IMG/VR virus record: IMGVR_UViG_3300046779_000589 | Location: 243-64,242 of that record | DNA from: a virus | Taxonomy: Duplodnaviria > Caudoviricetes | Strand: one strand, 5' to 3' | DNA: 64,000 nucleotides | In this document: positions 18,004-27,336 of the stretch, one piece after another | How positions within the stretch are numbered: position 1 is the stretch's first letter | Layout of the letters: each line of letters begins with the position of its first letter | Notes under the pieces: generated by a model | What the model was told of the DNA's origin: nothing | The model's input: only the letters and a program-made list of their open reading frames with translations | Databases searched by the model: none | Made by a program: the position numbers and the translations under genes

Positions 18004-18282
18004 TTACTGGACTAGCAGTGTCACGGAAGTGACGTTGGTCAGCGTGCTGATGTAGGGATCGTTGTCCGACAAGATACCACTTTCGGGGAAAAGGAAGTAC
18101 TCGACGGTGCCTGATGCCGTGTCGAGGTCCAACAGGGTAGCCCCACCGTTCCCGTTGGTGATTGTGACTCGCCCCGCGCCGCCGCTGGTCACGACGTTGA
18201 TCGCGGCCAAGCGGCTACGGCCCAGCGAGGTTGCCCCCGTGGCCGTCAGGCGTTTGGCGCGGACGTTACTCTTAACGGCCAT
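18004..18282 (-). CDS. Small virion structural protein
   Basis: 92 aa with a GGAG RBS. Confidence 0.65.
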   Translation of the reverse strand: MAVKSNVRAKRLTATGATSLGRSRLAAINVVTSGGAGRVTITNGNGGATLLDLDTASGTVEYFLFPESGILSDNDPYISTLTNVTSVTLLVQ

Positions 18283-18284
18283 TC

Positions 18285-18455
18285 TCAGCCCTCCTTCTTA
18301 CGACGGGGCTTCTTCACCCACGCTTCGTCCACGTTGGGGGTGACGGGGTTGTCCGCCTTGAACGTACCATCGTCAAGGCGGGCACGCTCCGGGGCGTGCC
18401 CAACCCCACGAGCGGCAAGTTCTTCCTCACTTGGAGGTGCCCACTTGATGCTCAT
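18285..18455 (-). CDS. 56-aa conserved hypothetical protein
   Basis: Not in the track (<60 aa). MSIKWAPPSEEELAARGVGHAPERARLDDGTFKADNPVTPNVDEAWVKKPRRKKEG fills the gap in the operon. Confidence 0.7.
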   Translation of the reverse strand: MSIKWAPPSEEELAARGVGHAPERARLDDGTFKADNPVTPNVDEAWVKKPRRKKEG

Positions 18456-18467
18456 AATGTCACCCTA

Positions 18468-18701
18468 TTACGAGGTGGCGATGGCGATACCGCTGGCGGC
18501 GATCCAGTTGGTGCCATTGCTGACAGCCACGGTCGGCGCACCTGCGTTACCATTCGACACGTAGATGATCGTGCCAGCGCCAGCGGCGGAAGCGGAGGGG
18601 GCGGAAGCAACGGTGTAGGTCGGTAGCTTGGCAGCGCCAACAACATCACCAACGAAGCCGTTCTGGGAGGTCACGGGACCGGAGAAAGTGGTCGAAGCCA
18701 T
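18468..18701 (-). CDS. Head fibre/decoration-like small protein
   Basis: MASTTFSGPV...LPTYTVASAPSA..IIYVSNG..AVSNGTNW; GAGGA RBS. Confidence 0.65.
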   Translation of the reverse strand: MASTTFSGPVTSQNGFVGDVVGAAKLPTYTVASAPSASAAGAGTIIYVSNGNAGAPTVAVSNGTNWIAASGIAIATS

Positions 18702-18712
18702 TTCAGTTCCTC

Positions 18713-18773
18713 TTGCACAAGGGTTCGCCGTACAGTCTGTGCAACGTCAGGGAGGGCATCCTGTCTGCACGGC
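18713..18773 (-). ncRNA. Candidate pseudoknotted leader RNA
   Basis: Interleaved helices on the minus strand: GCCGUGCAG/CUGUACGGC (9 bp) and UUGCACA/UGUGCAA (7 bp). The last arm abuts the GAGGA RBS. Confidence 0.45.
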
Positions 18774-18812
18774 TCATGTCGCCCATTGCCGCATTGTACG
18801 CTTCGCGTAGCC

Positions 18813-18841
18813 AAAAAGAAAGGGCCACGTTTCCGTGGCCC
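18813..18841 (-). terminator. Intrinsic terminator after the major capsid gene
   Basis: GGGCCACG-GAAA-CGTGGCCC followed by TTTCTTTTT on the minus strand. Confidence 0.8.
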
Positions 18842-18863
18842 CTCCCATTCACTGTTCCGTCGC

Positions 18864-19769
18864 TTACGCGCCCGGCGAGGCGTACATGCCCAGCGGGTCC
18901 GACACGCCAAACGAGTAGCGTTCGCGGGCCTTGTAGCGAACGTTCCCTGTATCGAAGTCACCATCCATTGCGGTCGTCATCGCGGTACGGACGAAGTGCT
19001 TCATGCCGTTCGGAACGTCGGTCTTGAGGAACCACGCATCCGTGTCGGTCAGGTAGTGGTTGACCGCATAGCCACCGGGGATCGACCCGTTGGTGCGCAG
19101 GGCGTTGATGTCGTTGTCGGCGGTTGCCACACGCAGTTCCGTTTCCAGAAGGCGGGTTGCAACGAACATCAGGCTCGGCGGAACGATCAGCTTGCGGGGA
19201 CGTGCAGCGATCAGCAGGCCACGTTCGTCTTTGAACGCAGCGATGTCGATCACGGCCTGTTCCAGAGCCGTTTCGTTCAGGTCAACGTCAACCGACGGGC
19301 GGTTGGAGTTGGTGATGCCCGACACCGTGGGGTGCGCGGTCGAGAACAGGGTCACACCGTCGCCCGACTGGAACGTGGTGAAGCCCGTGTTCAGCAGCGA
19401 AGCCGCCTTGACCTGCTTGGTGTAGGCCATCGCACGAGCCAGTGCTTTGGTGTAGCGAGCCGACAGCGAGTCATAGAGGTTGTCCTCCATGGCTTCTTCG
19501 GTGATCGCAAAGCCCATCGCAACGGTTTCGTGCGTGTAGCGAGCAGTGAAGGATTCCTGCGCGTTGTCGTAAACGATGGCAGCGCCTTCGTTCTTGACCG
19601 GAGCCGCGCCGAAGCCCGACAGCTTCTGCTCTTCTTCAAAGCTACGTTCCGAGTTCTCGGTGTCGTAGATTTCCGTGTGCTCGTTTTCGTACTTCTTGTA
19701 CTCCAGACCGAACAGAGCGTTCAGACCGGGCAGAAGTTCTTTGAGAGCCTGTGCGCGTGAAATTGCCAT
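18864..19769 (-). CDS. Major capsid protein
   Basis: 301 aa. Begins MAISRAQALKELLPGLNALFGLEY and ends YKARERYSFGVSDPLGMYASPGA. Follows the scaffold and decoration genes and is followed by a terminator. Confidence 0.9.
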   Translation of the reverse strand: MAISRAQALKELLPGLNALFGLEYKKYENEHTEIYDTENSERSFEEEQKLSGFGAAPVKNEGAAIVYDNAQESFTARYTHETVAMGFAITEEAMEDNLYDSLSARYTKALARAMAYTKQVKAASLLNTGFTTFQSGDGVTLFSTAHPTVSGITNSNRPSVDVDLNETALEQAVIDIAAFKDERGLLIAARPRKLIVPPSLMFVATRLLETELRVATADNDINALRTNGSIPGGYAVNHYLTDTDAWFLKTDVPNGMKHFVRTAMTTAMDGDFDTGNVRYKARERYSFGVSDPLGMYASPGA

Positions 19770-19782
19770 AGTTCAGCCCTCC

Positions 19783-20448
19783 TTACACGCCGAGCGAGTT
19801 GTCGTAGGAGTGCACACCCACGTTGAGTTTCACGAGGAACTCAGGGTACGCATCCGATTCAGTGCCCGACACGAGGCCGACGATCCGCACGGCGAGGGTC
19901 GAGGTGGTGGCCAGCGAGCCGCCATTCGAACCAACGACGAGGTTCACGCCCGACACACCCGTGGTGGTGTTGCCAGCGGTGGAGAAGCCCAGCGCAGCGT
20001 TCTTGCCGATGGCACCCGGCCAGCCCGACCCGGAGGTCCCGCTGTTGAAGGTACCCAGAGCGGCAGTGCCTTGGACTTGGAAGATGCCGCGAGGCTCGTC
20101 CATGACCAGAATCCACACATCCGTCGCGCCACCCGTGATGGTGTTGGCGGGCAGATAGTTGGACCACACGGGCTGCTTGGTCGCCGGGTTCACGTAGCGT
20201 GCGCCGACGCAAACGCCCACGATACCAGCCGTTGCGTCAGCCGACGTGGCGGGAATCTTGATGGCGGTGGGGGACGACGAGACAGCCGAGGGCTGGCCAG
20301 CCGAGGACAGTTGAACGAGGTCGCCGTTGAAGATCGCAGCCGAGTTGTTGGCAGCGACCTTGTATTCACGGATAACCCCGCCGTTGTACGGCGCTCCACC
20401 GATCAGTTGGACCGGCTTGAGGCCATAGGGAGAAGCGACAGACGCCAT
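19783..20448 (-). CDS. Capsid decoration/cement protein
   Basis: PYGLKPV..IFNGDLVQL..GIVGVCVG motif; immediately upstream of the major capsid gene. Confidence 0.7.
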   Translation of the reverse strand: MASVASPYGLKPVQLIGGAPYNGGVIREYKVAANNSAAIFNGDLVQLSSAGQPSAVSSSPTAIKIPATSADATAGIVGVCVGARYVNPATKQPVWSNYLPANTITGGATDVWILVMDEPRGIFQVQGTAALGTFNSGTSGSGWPGAIGKNAALGFSTAGNTTTGVSGVNLVVGSNGGSLATTSTLAVRIVGLVSGTESDAYPEFLVKLNVGVHSYDNSLGV

Positions 20449-20489
20449 TGGTCTAATCTCCTACAGACGGTTTCGGTTCGGCAGGGCTG

Positions 20490-20936
20490 TTAGCCCTTAC
20501 CAAAAGTGGTGCGGGACGAACGCTCCGGCGCAAGGACGGGCATCCGTGGGTCAGATTCTCGCATGTAGTTCCGGTCCACGGCTTCCATCTGCTGACGGGC
20601 CTCATCGACCTGACCATACGTGCGGTCTTCTGCAATATCGGCGGGGATGGCGCACAGGAGCAGTCCACCCACTTCGATGTTTTCGGGGAAGCGCGAATCC
20701 ACGTCAGACATGACGTGAAGTTCGGGAAATTCAGTGGCCTTCACAGGGACATAGCCCTCACGGAAACGGCGAGATACGTTCGTCATGTCTCCCTGACCCA
20801 GAGTCGAGGTGCGAACCCAACGGAATTTCAGACCGTCACGGGGTTCGGGGGTCGGCAGCATGGACTGGCGTTGCCACGAACGCTTACGCTCTCCGGTTTC
20901 ACGGGTCTGTGCGGTACGAGGAGTGCGTTCAGCCAT
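20490..20936 (-). CDS. Conserved head-module protein
   Basis: FRWVRTSTLG..NVSRRFREGYVPV..VGGLLLCAIP motif; lies between scaffold and decoration genes. Confidence 0.7.
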   Translation of the reverse strand: MAERTPRTAQTRETGERKRSWQRQSMLPTPEPRDGLKFRWVRTSTLGQGDMTNVSRRFREGYVPVKATEFPELHVMSDVDSRFPENIEVGGLLLCAIPADIAEDRTYGQVDEARQQMEAVDRNYMRESDPRMPVLAPERSSRTTFGKG

Positions 20937-21846
20937 TGGAGGAATCCTTGAGAAGTTGCGCCGCATACTGTTCGTTGGTCAACCCCAGCCGCTTGGCGAG
21001 AGCAACTTGGGTCGAGGAGAGCACTACCTTGCGCGGTGTGACGGAGGTCTGACGACCCGCAGGAGCCACCGGGGAACTCATTTGCTTACGAGCAGGCTTC
21101 TCCTCTTTTTGCTCGTCTTCAAACTTGTCTGCGAAAACGCGGCGAACCGCGCTGTCAATGGCAGTGTAGTATTCTTCGCTGTCTGGCGCAACACCACTCT
21201 TGATAACACGTTCATGTACGCCATACGCGTACCCGGTCATCTCCTCGTCTTTGCCAAACCACGGGTTACGCTGTGCCCACGACTTGGCACGATCCGACGG
21301 TTCGGGGACGCGGGGAGCCTGCTGTGCTTGCGACTGCGGAGCCTGTTGTTGCTGCGGTGCCGGGCGCTGAGGCTTGAAGGACGCAAGGCGCATCTCCTCA
21401 CCCTTGAGTTCCGACATCTTCAACTGGGCATCCGCCAGAGCGTCAGCATCGCCAGCTTCATACGCCGCCTTGAACGCCGCTTTGGCCTGCTCAAGCTGGG
21501 TGGCAACCCGCTGCTTGGCCTGCCCGATGGAGACATCCTCGGTCGCTTCCAGCCGCTTCATCAGAGCATCGCGCTCTTCCTTGACGCGGGCGGCAAAGGC
21601 GATGGCTTCCTCGCGGGCGCGAATGGCCTCTTCCTTGGCCCGGCGCTCGGCGTGGCTCTCGTATTTCAGCTTGTTGATGCGCTTCTTGACCTTGTCGGAA
21701 TAGTCCTCAAGGTCGTCGTCATCCGCGCCCGTGTCGGCCTTGGCAGGCTCTTCCGCTGCTTTCGGCTTACCCTTGTCGGGTTCCGGGGTGTCATCGACAA
21801 TCTCGATTTCGAGTTCGTCGTCCTTGTCTTCGATCTGGTCGGTCAT
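20929..21846 (-). CDS. Capsid scaffolding protein
   Basis: Acidic N-terminus, long coiled coil, WAQRNPWFG motif, and C-terminal LAKRLGLTNEQYAAQL helix. Confidence 0.8.
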   Translation of the reverse strand: MTDQIEDKDDELEIEIVDDTPEPDKGKPKAAEEPAKADTGADDDDLEDYSDKVKKRINKLKYESHAERRAKEEAIRAREEAIAFAARVKEERDALMKRLEATEDVSIGQAKQRVATQLEQAKAAFKAAYEAGDADALADAQLKMSELKGEEMRLASFKPQRPAPQQQQAPQSQAQQAPRVPEPSDRAKSWAQRNPWFGKDEEMTGYAYGVHERVIKSGVAPDSEEYYTAIDSAVRRVFADKFEDEQKEEKPARKQMSSPVAPAGRQTSVTPRKVVLSSTQVALAKRLGLTNEQYAAQLLKDSSNG

Positions 21847-22211
21847 GCTCGGCTATACCCCCGTGGGTCTTCGACAACCGCTTCCACGGTGTCATCGTTG
21901 ATAAGACGGAACTCCTGCCCGTTCACCTTGAAGCGGGTGCCGGAATAGGAACGGAAGATGATGAAGTCACCTTCTTGGCAGTACGGCCCATGCGGGAACT
22001 TTTTGTCGTCGGCGTAGCACTCTGCGCCAAGTTTCAGCACGTATCCGATGATGGAAGCGGTTTCCTCGCCTGCCCGACGCTCTTCGGGGATGAACACCCC
22101 ACCTTGCGTGGTCTTGGCTACTTCGGGGATGGCGATGAGGATTTTGTATCCCTTTGGTTCAGGCAGCTTGGCCTTAACCTCGTCGGATACCGACGTTTCG
22201 GCAGCGTACAT
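21843..22211 (-). CDS. groES: GroES/Cpn10-like co-chaperonin
   Basis: PKGYKILI..TQGGVFIP..GYVLKLG..GDFIIFRSYSGTRFKVNGQEFRLINDDTVEAVV matches the Cpn10 pattern. Confidence 0.8.
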   Translation of the reverse strand: MYAAETSVSDEVKAKLPEPKGYKILIAIPEVAKTTQGGVFIPEERRAGEETASIIGYVLKLGAECYADDKKFPHGPYCQEGDFIIFRSYSGTRFKVNGQEFRLINDDTVEAVVEDPRGYSRA

Positions 22212-22270
22212 TTTGCTCTCCGCAGTGGCTCTGGGTGCCACAGTTACCCTGCGTGGGACCACCCCACGAT

Positions 22271-22289
22271 ATAGTACGTCACGCTACGT
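22271..22289 (-). promoter_or_regulatory. Putative late promoter motif ACGTAGCGTG-N3-TACTAT
   Basis: Intergenic, upstream of groES; matches 4114-4132. Confidence 0.6.
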
Positions 22290-22298
22290 TATTGCGCG

Positions 22299-22487
22299 TT
22301 ACTCATCAAGATAGCGTTTTTCGATCTCTTTGACCTCAGACTCCATATCTGCATAAGCTGCGTACTCGCCTGTCAGCTTGCAGTACTCCTCGTAGCTGCG
22401 TGCAGCCCCTCCAGCGAGGGACTGCTCGATATGCGACTTGCGGTCAGCGATCCGGCGCATCAGGAGCGCGAGAATATCACTCTCCAT
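22299..22487 (-). CDS. Small helical hypothetical protein downstream of the portal
   Basis: 62 aa; overlaps the portal stop. Confidence 0.7.
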   Translation of the reverse strand: MESDILALLMRRIADRKSHIEQSLAGGAARSYEEYCKLTGEYAAYADMESEVKEIEKRYLDE

Positions 22488-24972
22488 CCTTCACCCCCTT
22501 GGGCTGCTGCGGTTGTTGCTGGGGCTGGCTGGACTGGATCAGAGTCTTGGCGACCTCGACCCCGATGCGTGCGCCTTCCATCTTCTGCTTGGCGGCATCG
22601 CCCTGCATCTGCGTGGCGAGACGCGCCCCGATCTGCGCCCCGGCCCGTTTGTCTTCGGACTTGAGGCGGTCTTCCTGCAGCTTGAGGTTCGCGGCCTTCA
22701 TCACCGTGTCGGCTTTCAACTTCTTCTCGGCCAGCGCCAGCTTGCCTTGGACCTCAATTGCCTTGATCTGGAGTTCCTGCTGCTGCATCTGGACCAGCGG
22801 GTCTTGGGCCTGCTGCTCGGCTTGCTGCTGGGCCATCTCGGCTTGGTCTTTTTGCAGCAGCTTCTCGGCAGCAACCGCAACCACACGCGACAGTTCCAGT
22901 TCGACATCTTCCGGCAGCGGCTCGTCTTGGCCGGGCATCGGGACGCCCATCTGCTTTTCGATCTCGACGCGATACTGATAGGCCACATGCTCGTTGATGT
23001 GCGCCAGCATGGCCGACTGGATGGCCTGCGCGAAGGGCGACTGGCCCACGATTTGCTGGATTTTCGGGTCTTGCATCGCGGCCATGTGGACTTGGATGTG
23101 CGCCTCGTGGTCCTGATACAGGTATGCCTTCACAGGCTCCTGCTTGAGGATGGCCATGTTCTCGGACACGGGGTCACGCGGCTTGATGTCGTCGGGCAGC
23201 TTGATGATGTCGCCCGCATCTTGGATGCCCAGCACCTCCAGCATCTGCTGGTGCAGCTTGCCCATGTCGTAGAGTTGCGGAGCCTGCTGCGCGAGTTGCA
23301 GCGCGGCCTGATACTGCATGATCCGCTGCGCCATGGTCGCGGCGTTGGGATCGGATACGGGGATCACGTCCACGGGACCACCAAAGTCCTCGCGGCGATT
23401 GAAGCCCTCGCCCACCTCGTAGTCATAGGCGTCGGGCATGTAGTCGCGGATGATCGCGGCCAGCAGGCGCAACTCGTCCTTCATAGCTGCGTGCAGGCGG
23501 GCTTGGACGCCCGACATGACCTTGAGCGACCGCTCCAGCAGGGCCAGCGTGGTGCCCACGGGGGCTTGCGCCGACATATCGCTGACCTTGAGGTCCGCCA
23601 CGGAGCCGATGCGACGACCCTCTTCCACCACGTTGCCCAGCAGGGTGTAGAGGACAGACGACGGTTCCTTGTACGGCATCGGGAACAGGCTCTCGCGGAG
23701 CGTGCCCCCCACCACGTCGGCATCGCGCCACTCGCCCGGCATCAACGGGGTGTTGTCGCCTTTGATGCGCAGAGTCTTGGCTTTCAGACCCGCAGGCAGG
23801 TTCGACAGGGTGCCTGCGTCGATCAACTGGCGCAGGATGGAGGTCGCGGACTTAGCCAGACCACCGATCAGGTGGATCAGACCCGTGCCGTAGAAGCCCA
23901 TGCCCGGCAGATAGGCGTAATGCACGAAGTGCATCCGCTTGGTCTTTTTCGGGTCATCCTCGTACCAGTTGCGACGGATCGACAGGATTGTTTTTGTGTC
24001 CTTGTCGATGGTCACGACATAGGGCCGGGCGATGCCCTCCTCATCTGCGAACGGTTCCGGCAGGTCGAGGTCCACGTGCATCTCAAGAAGAGTATACCGC
24101 GTATCACCCTGAATATAAGTCGGGTCCTGACCGTCAATCTCGTCGTACTTCTCTTCGATGTCAGTCCGCTCGGCTTGGGGTTCCGGCAAATCGACATCGC
24201 GGTAGAAACCCACCGCCTGCAGCTTCTTGATCTCGTTGTCGGTCTTCTTCATCACGTGCGTGTAGCGAGGGCACGTGCGGAGCGTGGACGCCCCGTAGGA
24301 CACCACGAAGTCTTCGGCAGGGACGAAGTTAGCCACAGCCCGTTGTTCGATGGGGTCGAAGTACAGCTTCTTGAAAGACGACCCGGCCAGCGGCAGACGG
24401 AACAACATCTGCTCCATCTCGGTGCGGTAGTCGGGCATCTCCTCGGTGATCTGGTAGTTCATCTCCTGCTCGACGCGATGCGCCTGCCGGGTCTTCTCAG
24501 GGGTGATCTTACCCACAATCTTCGTGCGGGCCGGGCCAGAGGCAGGCATCAACTCACCCATAGCCTGCGCTTGGAACCGCACCACGGCTTCGGAGAGCAT
24601 CGGGTGGTAGACCCCAGAGGCACCCATCCACGGCTGCGTCCGGTCTTCGATCTTCATGCCCAGCAGGTCCAGCCCTTTGACATAGGCCATGGCCCACTCT
24701 TTGCGGCTGTTGCGGTCGGCCAGATAGCTGTCCACCAACTCGTTGGCCAGCGTGCCAAGATCGGAGTCTTCCATCAACTCTGCGAGGTTCGCATCGTGGT
24801 CGGCGTCTTCTTCGCCCTCACTGCGCGGATCGCCAAACTCGATGACAACACCGCCGTCATCCAGTTCGATAGAGACAGCATCGGCAGGATCAGCGACTGC
24901 GATTTCGATGTCGGGCATCGCGGAATCATCCAACAGGATGTCGGACGGGGTCATAGGTTTAGCGACAGCCAT
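22477..24972 (-). CDS. Portal protein (P22-like, long Gln-rich C-terminal barrel)
   Basis: ~830 aa. SRKEWAMAYVKGLDLLG and HPMLSEAVVRFQAQA motifs; follows terL. Confidence 0.9.
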   Translation of the reverse strand: MAVAKPMTPSDILLDDSAMPDIEIAVADPADAVSIELDDGGVVIEFGDPRSEGEEDADHDANLAELMEDSDLGTLANELVDSYLADRNSRKEWAMAYVKGLDLLGMKIEDRTQPWMGASGVYHPMLSEAVVRFQAQAMGELMPASGPARTKIVGKITPEKTRQAHRVEQEMNYQITEEMPDYRTEMEQMLFRLPLAGSSFKKLYFDPIEQRAVANFVPAEDFVVSYGASTLRTCPRYTHVMKKTDNEIKKLQAVGFYRDVDLPEPQAERTDIEEKYDEIDGQDPTYIQGDTRYTLLEMHVDLDLPEPFADEEGIARPYVVTIDKDTKTILSIRRNWYEDDPKKTKRMHFVHYAYLPGMGFYGTGLIHLIGGLAKSATSILRQLIDAGTLSNLPAGLKAKTLRIKGDNTPLMPGEWRDADVVGGTLRESLFPMPYKEPSSVLYTLLGNVVEEGRRIGSVADLKVSDMSAQAPVGTTLALLERSLKVMSGVQARLHAAMKDELRLLAAIIRDYMPDAYDYEVGEGFNRREDFGGPVDVIPVSDPNAATMAQRIMQYQAALQLAQQAPQLYDMGKLHQQMLEVLGIQDAGDIIKLPDDIKPRDPVSENMAILKQEPVKAYLYQDHEAHIQVHMAAMQDPKIQQIVGQSPFAQAIQSAMLAHINEHVAYQYRVEIEKQMGVPMPGQDEPLPEDVELELSRVVAVAAEKLLQKDQAEMAQQQAEQQAQDPLVQMQQQELQIKAIEVQGKLALAEKKLKADTVMKAANLKLQEDRLKSEDKRAGAQIGARLATQMQGDAAKQKMEGARIGVEVAKTLIQSSQPQQQPQQPKGVKDGE

Positions 24973-25226
24973 CGGTGTCTCCCACAAGATTTGTGCAGAC
25001 TATAGCAGGAAACTGTGGGGATCGGGAAGCGGGATGTCATAGACCTGTATCGGGGAGGGACAATACAGAGGACATGTCCACGACACCCCGCCTCAACCGT
25101 GTGTAAGCATGGTATGAAAGGAGACCGCCATCTTACACCGCCGCTGTTTTACCCGTCATTGTCGTGACGGTCCATGCCCCACCTGCGGCTGGGGGTAATC
25201 ACCACAAAAGTACGCGCTTTGGCGCG

Positions 25227-25484
25227 TTAATCAACGCCCCAGCGCCGTTTGAAATGCGCGATGTTTGCCCGCAGAGCCTCTTCCTCGCATTGCAGGGCGT
25301 ATGGCGGTTTGCGCTGGTATGTCAGCATGGCCCTCTGGACCCGCCCAAGGCGCTTCTGCATGTCCGCCAACACCTCTTGGGCCTCGCGGGACAGGGGCGG
25401 TTTAGGGCGAAATGCGCCTGCCAAATCCTCAGAAAACCCCTGAAAATCGTCGTTTTCAGGCTCTTTTTTGTCGTTTTTTGTCAT
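25227..25484 (-). CDS. Hypothetical protein
   Basis: 85-aa ORF in the late orientation between terL and the portal gene. Confidence 0.45.
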   Translation of the reverse strand: MTKNDKKEPENDDFQGFSEDLAGAFRPKPPLSREAQEVLADMQKRLGRVQRAMLTYQRKPPYALQCEEEALRANIAHFKRRWGVD

Positions 25485-25517
25485 TTTTGGCTCATTTCGG
25501 GGTCGCTTTATGCGACC

Positions 25518-27086
25518 TTAGTAGTACTCCACCTTGTGCCTGTATGGAATCTCTTCATCAGGCTCATCAGACGGCAGGCGGATAAAACCACCTTGGCGGA
25601 ACCGCATCAAGGCCATCACGCTGGAGTCAACCAAGTCGTCATGGCTGGCGAATGGGAATGCAGCGATCTCCTCGACCACCTCCTCGGCCCAACGGGTGGG
25701 CGGAACCCACACCAGACCTGACGAAATGATGTCCGAGACGGAGTTCAGGCGTGCCAGCTTGTCCCCAGTGCCCCGGTGGGGCGTATATTCGGCCACGGGG
25801 ATGCCAGAACGGCGCATTTCTTGGAAAATTGCCGTCCCTGCGGACTTTTTTTCCACGATGAAGGCATCCGGCTCCCACGAGCGGTACTCTTCAAGGCACA
25901 AAGCCTTGAGTTCGGGGAACTCCAGACGCCGTTTGATGCTGTTTAGCAGGATGATATGGTAGGCATCCCCCGCTTCCTCGTTCACAAACACGCCCCACGT
26001 CGTCAAAGCCGTGTAGTCGGCCCGGTTGTTTGTCTCTGCAGCGGCGTCGAGCGACATGATGACGTATTCGCAGTATGGCGGGCTGTCCTTGTCCCACAGA
26101 TTCCACCACTCGCGCTTGATGATGGCCGCTTCTTCCGCCGTGGGCTGCTGCTGATACTGCGCGTTCCACTGGAACACGGGCATGGACGCCTTTGTCCGCA
26201 TCAGGGCAGGCAGGTCGAAGAACTCAGGCCAGAGCGGGCGCTGGCTGTGGGTCACTTCCCCCGTCACGGGGTCTTCTTTTGACACGTCGAGGATCGCTGG
26301 GAACTCAATCACCTCGTACTGGTCGGCCCCCTCGTTCTGCGTCATGTCGCGGACCACCCGCCCCGTGAGGTCGTCCATGTGCCAGCGAGTCTGCACGATG
26401 GCCACGCGGCCCCCCGGCATCAGACGGGTGCGTGCACCGTAGGTGAACCACGCGTAAGCCTTCTCAAACACGTCGAAGTTGCCACTCAGCACGTCCTGTT
26501 CGGAGTGTGGGTCGTCCACCAGCAGCAGGTCAGCACCACGACCCGCGATGGATGAGCCAATACCGCAGGCGAAATACTCGCCGCCAAAGTTAGTGTTCCA
26601 CCGCCCAGCCGACTTACTGTCCGTGGCCAGCGAGATTGCCGGGAAACACTCGCGGTAGCGTTCCGTGTCGATCAGGTTGCGGACTTTTCGTCCGAAATCG
26701 ACCGCGAGGTCGGTCGTGTGGGACACCATCATGACCTTCTTGCCCGGATTCCGCCCAAGGAACCATGCAGGGAAGTAGATAGAGACAAGCTGCGACTTGC
26801 CGTGTCGGGGTGGGATGTTCACGCAGACCCGGTCCGCTCCCTCCTCGACGCTCGGCCCCCGTTCGATGGCCATCAACTTGTCGGCCAAGATGCGATGATG
26901 TCGGCCCACCTTATAGGTGGGGTCCATGAACAGGCAGAATGCGATCAGGTCGTCATAGGCACGCTCCCGCTCCTTACGGGCGGTGAGTTCCTCCACCAGC
27001 TTGTTCAACTCATCCACCTCGTCAGGGGACATTGTGTCCACCTGCGACAGGAGCAGGTCAATCTCGTCTTCGGTGAAGTCAGTCAC
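25518..27086 (-). CDS. terL: Terminase large subunit
   Basis: Walker A VNIPPRHGKS, Walker B LLLVDDPH, nuclease motif SLDAAAE and HDDLVDS. Confidence 0.95.
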   Translation of the reverse strand: MTDFTEDEIDLLLSQVDTMSPDEVDELNKLVEELTARKERERAYDDLIAFCLFMDPTYKVGRHHRILADKLMAIERGPSVEEGADRVCVNIPPRHGKSQLVSIYFPAWFLGRNPGKKVMMVSHTTDLAVDFGRKVRNLIDTERYRECFPAISLATDSKSAGRWNTNFGGEYFACGIGSSIAGRGADLLLVDDPHSEQDVLSGNFDVFEKAYAWFTYGARTRLMPGGRVAIVQTRWHMDDLTGRVVRDMTQNEGADQYEVIEFPAILDVSKEDPVTGEVTHSQRPLWPEFFDLPALMRTKASMPVFQWNAQYQQQPTAEEAAIIKREWWNLWDKDSPPYCEYVIMSLDAAAETNNRADYTALTTWGVFVNEEAGDAYHIILLNSIKRRLEFPELKALCLEEYRSWEPDAFIVEKKSAGTAIFQEMRRSGIPVAEYTPHRGTGDKLARLNSVSDIISSGLVWVPPTRWAEEVVEEIAAFPFASHDDLVDSSVMALMRFRQGGFIRLPSDEPDEEIPYRHKVEYY

Positions 27087-27336
27087 TCTGCACCTCGTCA
27101 GGCAGATAATCTCCCCGCACCAGCTTCATCTTGAATGTCTCCAAGAGCCACAGCACGTCGCCGCCGTCCTTCATACCGAGCGTGGCACGCGCATCCATCG
27201 TCCCGTCATCCTTGCGATAACCGATGATGATGACCTCATCGTAGACACCGATGGCCTGCTCCAGCACGTTGTCCGCATCCTTCGCGGCGTCTTTGGGGTA
27301 GAACTTGGTGACGTTGGTGGTGCTTTCTCCGTTCAC
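27079..27336 (-). CDS. Hypothetical protein
   Basis: 85 aa; overlaps both terS and terL. Confidence 0.7.
   Translation of the reverse strand: MNGESTTNVTKFYPKDAAKDADNVLEQAIGVYDEVIIIGYRKDDGTMDARATLGMKDGGDVLWLLETFKMKLVRGDYLPDEVQSD

Noticed and set aside
18713-18773. HDV-like/theta ribozyme reading of the pseudoknot
   Set aside because: There is no room for P3/L3 between P2 and P1', and no P4 or catalytic C junction.
22438-25005. Long antisense ORFs (e.g. 22438..25005 +, 55959..58382 +, 59447..63430 +, 49385..50896 -)
   Set aside because: These are shadow frames of high-GC genes: they mirror real CDSs, lack RBSs and have no family motifs.
25010-25226. Intergenic gap upstream of the portal as a tRNA or ncRNA
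   Set aside because: No cloverleaf; I found only one short hairpin and a probable extended -10 promoter (TGcTATAGT).
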